DNA of 38,381 bases from NCBI GenBank assembly GCA_001724265.1, contig MEDY01000061.1, forward strand, positions 62,001 to 100,381, in the 5' to 3' direction. Positions 1 through 10,400 of this stretch are shown here, piece by piece (position 1 is the stretch's first letter; each line of letters opens with the position of its first letter). The notes beneath the pieces were generated by a model that saw only the letters and a list, made by a program, of their open reading frames with translations, did no database searches and was not told the origin of the DNA. The translations under genes and the position numbers were made by a program. The stretch is from Rhizaria sp. SCN 62-66 (Eukaryota).

Positions 1-1577
1 TCTCGTCCACGTCAGCAAAGTAGTCGCTTTGGGAGACATCGGGGTAGAGAAAAACCACAGGCCAGTGCAGACTGTTCTTGTCGTCGACGTACGGCTTCGC
101 GTCGTACTGGCCCACAGACTCCTTGAACTGGGCCTCGCCGATCGTCACGCCGCGCTTCTTGATCACCGCGTCCAGCTTGGCCTAAATACAATGCATGGGA
201 AAACAAGAGAATGAACATGAATGATGAGTTGTCATTCGAAACATTGACTAATAGATATATAGAATTTATGTCATCTAAAGCAAAAATATTATGGATAAAG
301 CATATTTGAAAATTAAACACTAATTTCATGATCATTCGTGCAAATATTTATCCGCAAGTATTGCGTTTAGTGGGATTTAGCGTACCTGCACGAGAGCCTT
401 GGCCTCCGCGTCGGCTTTCTTCTTGGCCAGACGGGCCCTCTCCGTGTCATCAGCACGCTTCCAGACCGGGACAATCTCCTTGGCAAGCGCCAGAAGCTGC
501 TTCTGCTCAGCGCTCATGCCGCCATGAGCAGCAGCAGCCGCAGCGGGCTTCGCGTCGGTCCCAGCAGCAGCAGCAGCAGCAGCAGCAGGAGCAGCGGCGG
601 CGGCGGTGGTGTCCTCAGGAGACTTCTCAGTCGTAGCCACCTCACCGTCTTTGGCAGCGGCGGCGCCGTTCTTAGCGGCGGCGACAGCCTGACTTTTGAG
701 CATCGCGAGTCCCTGACGGCACATGACGAACGCCTGGGGATACTTGTGGAGCTTGAACAACGCCAGCGACGCGCGGTAGTAGGCCTTGGGCAAGTGGGCG
801 TTCAGACCGAGGGCCTTGCCGCAGTCGCGGACGACGTAGCCGTAGTTCTCCAGGCCCAGGTGAGCCTGTAGATTAGCAAAGCGCAAGAACAAAGCAAGCA
901 GCGAGTTACACAAAAAGAGATGAGTTGAAGCCACAGATAAACACATCTTCAGTTCAAACAAATGATACCACAAAATAATTATTAAACGAAGACAAAAAAT
1001 GCAATATTGATATTTCAATTAAGAGTTAACTATCGAGGCGTACCTGAGCACGATTGCAGTAGAGTGTGGCCTTGAGCTCGGCCTCGGCAGTCTTCTCCTT
1101 GGGGCCAACTTCGAGACTCTGCGTGTAAAACGCAATGGCTTCTTCGAGCTTCGCCTTGCGCGTGACCAGGCGGCGCGCGCGGTCCTCGCGCGTCTCGTTG
1201 GGCCGCGGTTCGTTCATACGCAGAGCGAGCTTGTAGCTGCGGTTGCCAGACTCCTTGTACTGGTGCATGCGCTTCTCCACGGGAACACTGTCGACAATCG
1301 ACTTGAGGGCCTTGAAGGCGTCCGACTCCTCACCGGGCGCCGGCATGTGCGTCGCCGTGAGCGGCATCGACTGGATCAGCTTCTCGATCTCCTCCGGAGT
1401 CTCGGGCAGCGGCGCGTTGTTGTTGGCGTACCGCGCCACGGCCTCGAACAACGCGTCCGACTCGTCCGACTCAAAGTCAATAGTGCCGTCGGGCGTGTAC
1501 TGGTTAATCATGTCGTTCAGCGCCGCAATCGCGGAACCAGAGTCCGCGGGCGCAGCCGGGGAAGTGTTGTCACTCAT
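1..1577 (-). CDS. TTC4: TTC4/Cns1-like TPR co-chaperone (Hsp70/Hsp90); 3' end runs off the window
   Basis: Exons 1577-1044, 865-386 and 181-<1; both introns (1043-866, 385-182) are GTACGC...AG and keep frame. TPR repeats YKESGNRSY...AIAFYTQSL, LYCNRAQ|AHLGLENYG, KAYYRASLALFKL. The last exon reads LHWPVVFLYPDVSQSDY, typical of the Cns1/TTC4 C-terminal domain. Confidence 0.85.
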
Positions 1578-2388
1578 CAGGGGACGCTGGAGAGCGAAGT
1601 GAGAGGGTTGGAAAAGGTCTGCGGGAAGCGTTCGCAAATGCAAGAGTAGATTGGGTATATATGAGTGTTCCGTGCTATTAAAAAGTGAATGAATATTTCT
1701 CTATGGCGTGGTCTCTATAAATTCGTGCTAATGTTCACGTTGACGATCACTTCAAGGAAATCCTCTTGGTTTCGTAACAGCTTGCGGCCCGTAGCTTCCG
1801 GAACAAGCCGACAACCCGACTGAGGACAGTAACAATTGACAAAAGGAGAGTACAAGATCACATGTTTGTATTTTGGCGCTAAAACCGAGGAATCTAGATA
1901 AAGTACATTATTAACTATATAAATACCATGTTATTAGTATCACAAAGAACTTGAAGGACGAGGTATCCGACGAATTTTCAGTTTGGATGAGGTTGCGTTT
2001 TGAATGAGAGCCGTAGCGACCTTGCAGCGCAAACAGTAGAGGGACGCAGTCATGGACAACGCGTCTGCTTCACTGTCATCGTCAGCTATTCGCCGCACAC
2101 GCGCGCGTATAATAAGATTGAGGTCGCCTCAAGTGCCAGGCGGTTAAGCTTTAACGGACAGTGAACGCGACGTCGCCGTCACATTTCACTTCGAGCAATG
2201 TTGTGAACGCATATTGTTGTTGTTCTTACTCTTGTTGCCCACATGTGACTCGCATTGCTGATGAGACCCGCTATGCTGCTGAGTGAGGCTGTGACGATAG
2301 AGCGTGACAGTATTCAAGAATATGGCTGTTACTGAGCGTTGGCTTGATCCCCACAAGCATTTGATTAAAAGAAGATCGAAAGCTATCT

Positions 2389-3164
2389 TTACACGAGCTG
2401 CTGCGGCACAAACGCGCGCGACAACGGTAACAACCGAAAGACTTGATAGTCGCCATAGAGCAGTTTCCCCTCCCTGTCCCGGTGCAGAGCGTCGTAGCAC
2501 TGTTCGCAAAAATGCGCTGGCGACGCCGGAGCCAGCCGGTCGCCCACGGTCGCGACGACTGCGGTGTGCACGCTGCAGATGATGCATTTCAGCAGCGCGG
2601 CCTTTTTTCGGAACAGCACGAGCGGGTACGCGGCGCGGTTGTCGAGGTCGTCGGGAGCCCTCATGCGCATCTCGGTGAAGATGACGACATGCCGGCAGTC
2701 CCCTTGGTGCTGGTAGAGGTACTGCGCGCCCAGCCGCAGCCGCAGCGCCGATAACGGCGTGAGCTCCATGTTGGCCTGCTTGTAGGGGGCCAAACCGGGT
2801 CGCGCGTACCGCGAGTTCGCGCCGACCCAAGTCACGTAGGGGTCCGACAGCCGCGAGGCGCTGGGAGAACGCATGTCGTCGTAAAACGTGTTCTCGATGA
2901 AGAAAAACGCGCTGGGGTGCGGCAGCAAGTGGCGAGGCGCCCGGTCGCTAGCCACCGCGGCGAGGGAGAGCGATACTAAGGAGGCGGGGACGCTCGCGTA
3001 CGGCCTCGCGGTCGCGCTAGCCGCGGCATCGGCAGTGCTCGCAGTGCTCTTAGCGCCGGCCTTGCCCTTAGAACCACTACCACCACCACCACCAGCAGCG
3101 GCTGCTGTAGTCTTTGACTTCGCACTTGCCTTCTTTCCCTTTGCGTTCTTGGCGCTAGTAAACT

Positions 3165-3196
<32 letters not shown>

Positions 3197-3814
3197 TCGT
3201 CGCTGTTGTCGGTCATTGCGCTGCCCTTAGACTTAGAGCCCTTGCCCTTGTTCGACGGCTGCTTCGGTTTCGGCTTCGTGGTGAAACGGCCTGTGCCATC
3301 GTTCGTACGCGGCTGTTGCTGTTTCTGCTTTGCGCCACCTGCAGCGGCCTCGTTGCCTGACTCAGCATTAACACTCGAGTTACCGCCGCTACCGCCACTG
3401 CCACTGTTGTTGTTCTGAGCAGCAGTAATGACACTATGAGTGACAGCAGTCAAATGCGCGTTAAAACGCATTGCGCGCGGCAAAAAGCACACTAAACCGT
3501 CACCTGTCCCGTTAGCAGAGCTGTTGTTGTTGTTTGTGTAGGGGTTGTAACCGCAATGGATTTGCTGTTGTTGCCAGTTGACTGCGTCTGCGTCGTCAAA
3601 GTGGCAGTCCAAGCAGTCCCGGAGCGCCGTGAGGGGAAGATCGTCGGTCAGGAGTACATCTAGCACCCTTACCCGCGACTTGGGGCAGTAGGCCGTGGCC
3701 CTTAGAATGACTGTGTCGGCCGCTAAGGGGGCGCTGACGCACGTCTGGGCAGCGGCCGCGGCGGCCAAAGCCAGCTGTTGCTGCTCTTTGAGAATGGTCT
3801 CCTGCTGCTCCCGC

Positions 3815-3845
<31 letters not shown>

Positions 3846-4780
3846 CGTGAGCACTTGCACCAGCATTAGCACTAGAGCTAGCATTAGCACTAGAGCTAGA
3901 GCTAGAACGGACATTAGTGCTGGTATCGGAGCCAGTGTTGGCGTTAGCGCTGACGGCCGCGTTGCTGTTACTGTTGTTGTTAGCGGTGTGATGCGAGCTG
4001 AACGCAACGGGCTGAGTCGTAAGCACTTTCCCGACAGGCAGCGCCGCCACCGCCAATGACAGCCGCGCCAACGCCGACGGAGTCACGGCGTTCTGCGCGC
4101 CCTCAAACCGCTTGCTCTTGAGCGCCTCGCTGCGTTGGTGCTTCAGTGCGGCCAGTGGGGCGTCGAGGTCAGCCGCGGAAGGGATACGGGCGCCGAATTG
4201 CGGTAAGAGGGTGAAGCCTAAAGAGGCGGGGCGGTCTCGGGGACGCGAGCTCGAGGACGACGCTTGCAGGACCGTTAGCGCCTCGCTATAACAAGACGCA
4301 AACAAATTAAAAATGGTGAATATACATCGGAAATGAGCTTTGATATATGACATATAAGCGTTGTTTAACAGAAGTGAGATATCGCAGAGATCAATGATAT
4401 GAGACGGACCGATACTCTGAGATTTCTTCGCGAATGGCGCTCTCAATCACGTTGGCGGGGTTCTCTACCATGATGTCAGCGCAGGCTAAGTCGGCCGCGT
4501 CCGCCAGTGCCGACACGTCTGCGTTCATGGTGGAGCGGAACGCGGAGAATGCAGTGCGGAATTCGTCCGCTGATGAGAGGCGAGAGTAACCCGTGCGACG
4601 GTGGGCTGTCTCGACCCGGCGCTCGTTCATCAGTGCGAGCTCCCGGTAGTAAGCCTCGCGGGCGGCCGAGGCAGGCGCGGGGGGCTGGCCCGGTAGCGCG
4701 CCATCAGGATGCACATAAACCGGAAAGGTATCCGGCAGTTGAGATTGCGCCGAGGGTGACCCAGCGGTGGGCGCGCTCAT
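2389..4780 (-). CDS. SNAPC3: snRNA-activating protein complex subunit 3 (SNAP50), ~755 aa, with low-complexity insertions
   Basis: Exons 4780-4410 and 4285-2389; intron 4409-4286 (GTCCGT...ATAG) keeps frame. SNAP50 C-terminal motifs AFFFIENTFYDDMR, LGAQYLYQHQGDCRH, CxxC (CIIC), DRLAPASPAHFCEQCYDALH. Confidence 0.9.
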
Positions 4781-5703
4781 TGGCGATGTGGTCCGAAAGA
4801 TCGTATCGCGAACAAGCTACTATGATAGAGCAAGGTACCTTCAGAGTGGTTAAGTAGATGACAAATTAGAAAAATGTGATTCTAGTTGTAAGTTTGAAAG
4901 GCACGACCAAAGACGGAATATCCAACGCGCTTTTTGAAGCCTCGTTTTCCCAATCATCTTCTTGTTTTCTGCCAAATGGTATGGACCGAAAAAACGACCA
5001 CGTTAAGACCGACTTAACTTCCATCCGAGATCACCGCCAGTGACCGAGTCTGGGAGAGCTGATTGCGAAAATTGCCGCACCCACCTGGAGTCTCACCATC
5101 ATCGATTGTACATCCTATGGATATCCTGTGATAGGGTGCTCGGTGGTGCATATCTGTATTAGCTTCAGACTGATGAGAGATGTCGCCGTGCGGAGTTCAG
5201 AGAGTAAAATCGATCCCACCATAGGCTCTCGCTCTTCGAGGCATGCAGCTTTCTGCGACGTCGACCTCCGGCTCCTCAGGGCTACTACAGGTCGCGTTTT
5301 TTGCACATAAGAACTGCCTTCATCTTGATCAACCCACTTCATCAACCGCAGAATTACACTCGCTCACCATAACATCCATCCCCGCCTTCTTTCTCTTGCT
5401 CGCTCGATCGTGACACCCGCCCATTCGATGTTCTCGTTTCGCTCTTCATTTCTCGGCACTTCCCCGCGTTTACATCCCGTCCCTGTCGTGTTCCCATCTT
5501 TTTTATGCTCTGGTCAATCCACTTCTCTGATATCTCTCGGTGTTACTTCTGGATACCCCCGTCATTTCTTCTCTTTTCCACTCGCTTATGATCTCATCGC
5601 CCGTCCGACCGCGTCTAATCCCCTCGATGATTCTCTCGCTTGACTCGTACTCTCGTCATCACCCACATTCCCCCCGCATCTGGTATGCACCGCTCATGTA
5701 GAA
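4781..5703. promoter_or_regulatory. Divergent (head-to-head) promoter region between SNAPC3 and the SERBP1-like gene
   Basis: Inferred from gene orientation only. The same arrangement occurs at 25122-26411 (RCC1 protein/ABC transporter) and 37434-38298 (FAD synthase/beta-tubulin). Confidence 0.55.
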
Positions 5704-6822
5704 ATGAGCAACCGCTTCGCTTCTCTCGACGACGAGCCCTCTCTGCCTAAGGCTGCGCCCGTCGCTGCCAAGGCTGCCGCGCCCAAGGCCGCCGCCGCTG
5801 GCGCTGCGCCCAAGGCTGGTGCCAACGCTGGCAAGCCCCAGCACAAGAAGGACGCCCTTCACAAGGCCTCGATCGAGAAGAAGCGCCACGACGGCACTAA
5901 GGTGCCCCGTCGCGAGACTGGCTCGCACACCTCGGGCACTGGCAAGACCCGCTCTGCCACCAAGGTACGCTATTCAACGCTCTCCAGCTCCTGCACTCGC
6001 TGACATATTAAAAACTGTCGTTTTCAACTCGTTACACCCACATCTCAGCCCCAGCAGTCGCGGCGGCGGTGGCCTTGGCCAGAGTCTTGGGGTCGACCTC
6101 AACTCGGGTCACATCTCACTTCGTTCTTTACTTTCACTCACTTGTCTGTATTCCATTCCCTTGTCTGTCTCCTACCTGCCGTTCATGGTATAGGGCGGCG
6201 CTGGTCGCTTCAACTGGGGCAGCGCCAATGCTGACGTCGCCGACGCTACTGCCGCTCCTGCTGCTGCTGCCGAGGCCGCCGCTCCCGTCGAGGAGGTTGC
6301 CGCCGAGCCCGCTGTGCCTGAGCCCAAGGTCAAGGGTCTCGCTGACTTCCTGGCCGAGAAGGCTAGTGTGAAGGTCGCTGGTGACGTCAAGGTTGCCCGC
6401 CAGGTACGCAATTCAACGCTCTCTAGCTCCAGCTCATTCGCTCGTTGACCTATCCTAAACTGCCGGCTCATCTCGTCACCGTCCCCTCGTCTCACTCTTG
6501 TTCTCACTCTAACTCTTTCTCTCCTGTCTGCTGCGTTGTTTGCAATTCGACTCCTGTATTGTAGGTCGCCCCCATCACTGACCGCAAGTTCACCGAGGGC
6601 ACCAACTTCAACGCCGCCGCGGCCGCCAAGACCACCGCGCGCGTGACCGCCCCCGCCGTCGTCGCCGCCCCCTCTGTTGACAAGTCCAAGAAGGTCTTCA
6701 ACATCGACGAGTTCAACACCGTCACCGCCGCGCCCAAGAAGGCCGCCGCGCCCGCTGCCGAGGCCGAGAAGCCCCGTGGCGGCCCCAAGAAGTACTCCAA
6801 GAACGACTTCCCCTCCCTCTAA
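5704..6822 (+). CDS. SERBP1/HABP4/Stm1-like RNA- and ribosome-binding protein, 242 aa
   Basis: Exons 5704-5964, 6194-6403 and 6565-6822; both introns GTACGC...TAG. N-terminal NRFASLDDE, central SGTGK...K|GGAGRFNWG, LADFLAEK and C-terminal DFPSL* are hallmarks of the family. Strong codon bias suggests high expression. Confidence 0.85.
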
Positions 6823-7440
6823 GCGCTCCGCAGTAGCTCGTTGAGGCGATACGTCGCCGATCAGTTACTCTACTCAGACAGCAATCGCGCAACGCGCGGG
6901 CGCAGGTAACCTGCGCTCTGCGATGTGCGTGCGAATGAGTGAGCCTCAGTTGATGCAACGAGTCGTTGCTTTCAACACAAGGGACCTAGAGAGCTTATTT
7001 GCGTGTTTGCTGATGTGGTATCTGAGTATAATGCAGATGTTACGTCAGTGCGCCCGCGTGCATGCTCTTGATTGATGATGTTGGGTGTGAAATATGAAGT
7101 GATGTGAAGATAATAGCTTTGCTTTTCGTTTTATGCAAAAAATCATTGTTGTTGTTGTTGGTTGTCGTGGTACTCTGTAAGCTTCAGGGCTTTGCTCTTA
7201 GCTCTACTCTTAAGTCTACAAGCACCAAAATCTAATAAATACAGGTATATTAATTAATATAACTCTCACCAAGAATCAAGTGCGCGCAAGCTTGCTGAAG
7301 AACAAGGAAAGACGACGGAGTTCTCAAGCACTGAATTGAACAATCGTTGTATTTTAGCATAGCCCTCACATCACAAACGCCAACATCCGTTATTTATACA
7401 AAATCAGTGACATGGAGGTCTCTCAATTGCTCAAAACGTA

Positions 7441-10400
7441 TCACTCACTGCTACTCTCAGCCTCCTCACCTAGCACCGCCGCAACTTGCAGCTGCTGCTG
7501 CAGCAGACCGAGCGCCTTGCTCTCCCGCCGCTTCGCGCCGACCTTGTGCGCCGCCACCGCCAGCTGCCGCACATGCCCAGGGCCGGCGCCGCAGCAGCCC
7601 CCTAGCACGTCGACGCCCCAGTCGGTGCCCCAGCGCTCCGCCAGCGCGGCGAACGCCGACGCCGCCTCGCCAGCGGTCGCCGCAGTGCGCGTCTTGTGCA
7701 GCAAGGACGTCAGAGGCGCGGCGGCGCGGCGGGCCTCGGTGGAGGTCACCACGATCGTCTGTGTGTAGTCGTCATTACCGCTGCCTTCACTCGATACAGC
7801 TGTGCTTTGGGCAGTCGCAGAGTTCGCATTCATCGCACTCATGTTCGCTGTAGAGTTAGGGTTCGAAGGGTGAGTGTTATTGGCGCTGCTGGTGTTGTTG
7901 TTATTGTTGCGGGTGATATACGTATACGAGCAAATGGCATCTTCGTCGTATGGGATATGGATGTAAGTGCCCGCAGTGTTGTAAGTGTACGTCGTACTCG
8001 CGCTCGTTGCGTTGGTGCTGTAACTAACAGAGCTAGATTCTCTGTCGTTGATCTTCACGTGGTCACTGCCACTGCACTCGTGCTCAGAAACGCTTACATG
8101 GGTAAGTGGAGGGGGAATGTACGCGTCGGCAACGGCGCCCCCGGGGCCGAACGGAGAAAGGCCAAAGGGCACTTGCCACGACTGAGACAGCGACTGGGCC
8201 TGGGGTTGCGGAGACTGCGAATGCGACTGCAACTGAGACTGCGTGAACTTGGCACCGGGGTTCACATTGGCACTCGTCTGAGAACTCGTGCCCGCGTCGT
8301 CAGCCATAGCTTTCGTGACGAGCTCGTGAGCGTCCACAGCCCCGTTCACAGCTGCAGCGCCACTTGTGCCAACGCTGGCACTGTCACTTTCACGCTCACG
8401 AGCTGCACTCGCACTGATGTTGTTGCTGTTGTTGTTGTCGTTGCTCTTGCTAGTAGAGTTGTTGTTGCTCTTATTGGCACTGCTCGCCACACGGCCATTG
8501 CTGTTGTTATTGTTGTTGTTGTTGTTGTTAGTGTCAACGTCGAGCCAGTGCGGGTGTGAGACAAGTGGCGATGCGGGCGACGTCGACTTATGGGGGCGGT
8601 AAATGCCCGACGAACCCTTAGATCCGTCCGAGTGCCCCTTAGACCCGTCAGCGTGGCGAGATGAACTTTTGCCCCTGACACCGTTGTTACTCTCGCTTCT
8701 AGCGCTTGAGTTGGCGTTGTCATTAGCACGTACAGAAGAGCTAGCATTCTTGCTGTTGTTCTTCGCATTATTCGAGTCCAGGTGCGAGTCTTGATTACTG
8801 GACTCGGAAGACTTTGCACTCGCAGTGTTGTTGATGCTACAGACAGTGTTCGAAGCAGGCTGTCCCTCAGCAACAGGGTTCGAACCTAGAGTGAGGATGA
8901 TAAGACAGTTTGTAAAGAGACATGTGTGAGCCAGGAGAAAAAAAGTATGATCTGGTAAACAATTTCAATTAAATAAATCAAATATAGCAATTTCAGATTC
9001 TCGCCTTGAAACTGCCACTGGCTCCCGGTCAAATGTAAGGTCGCATTGTCATCCAAAGTGAAAGAATTGCCTGCAACCGCAGTAAGCTTCAAAACACCCG
9101 TTGCGGGTCTAAAATGGGCACCATTAAGCTTTGAGCTGAATGAATTTACATGTTTAATGTCATTAAACGCACCTAACTTCGACGGTAACTGTGTCTGCGC
9201 CTGTGCCTGTGGTCGTGACTGTAACCGCTGCGACTGCGGCGTCTGCGAGTGCGCGTGCGCGTGTGCATGTGGGTGTGCATGCGCGTGTGCATGTGAGTAC
9301 GACGGCGCGTGCGACAGCAGCGGCAGCTTCGCGTACGCGCCGATGGGCCGCTTCGTAATCTTCCGCAGCAGCGGCAGCGCAGCTGTGACGGCCGTCGGTG
9401 AAGAGCAGTTGAACAAGTACCCATCGACGAACCGCGGCAGCGAATTGAGCAGACGGTCAACGGCCTGGGCCAGTGTTTCGCACGAGTACAGGCGGGGCAC
9501 GCCGTAGTCGGTGTCGTTGAGGCGGAACGACACCCAGACCGGGATGGGGACCGCGGTGGTACCTGTGCGGGTACTCGTGCCGCCCACGGTCACTTGCTGT
9601 GGGTTTGCGCTGGCAGTCGCACTGGCAGTAACATCGACACCAGTGTTAGCGTCACTGCTGCTCTTGTTCAAGGTTTTATTATCGCTGGCTTTGGCCTTGT
9701 TGACGACGCTGTTGACGGTCATGGCCGCGAGCGCCGTGAGCTCGGCCTGCTGAATGCCGTGACTCGACTCGCACAGGAACGCGTCGCACCAGGGCGCCAA
9801 AGACACGGCGACGAGCTCCAGCCACAGACGCTGCACCGTCTCTTCGCTGACGCTGGCGTCCGAGGACGCGTCTAAAGGGGACTTGGGGGGATACCTAGTA
9901 GACGCTGCCGGGGGCGTCGCTGTCAGAGTGTCGTGTCTGAGGAGGTCGGCAGGGTGGGTCTCGGCGTAAGAATCAGTCGCGTTCGCGATTGTAGAACTGA
10001 TCGCACTATCGCAGCTCGCAGAATCACCGCTAGTGCTTGAGTTGTGGCTAGGAGTGCACAGAAGCGTGTGTTCTGCTAAGAGCTGCTGGTAGAAGAAAAC
10101 AAGAACTGCATCACTCTCACTCAGCCCCACATTGACACGCTCACGTGCATTCGCACTTGCACTCGTGCCACTACTGTCAGTGTCATGGCTACCACTGCTG
10201 TTAGTCGCGCTGGCAAGCACGGCGCTGTTGTAGTTGGTCACCGCAGTCGCCAAAGCCGCGGCAGCCGTCGCTGGAAGCGGGGCGACGTAGCCGACGACGT
10301 AGACGCCGTGGTTCTTGAGTATCATGTGCGCGTACCGGGCCAGCTCGGGCCGCTTTTCGCTCAGCTCGAGCAACGCCTTGCGCAGCAAGTTGTCCTCGCG

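Noticed and set aside
5005-5070. AAGACC...GAGCTGATT resembling the U3 snoRNA 5' end and box B
   Set aside because: Box A/A' do not match, and box order and spacing are wrong.
5170-5215. CTGATGAG resembling a hammerhead ribozyme core or C/D box
   Set aside because: There is no stem II followed by GAAA, and no convincing box C/D pair with terminal stem.
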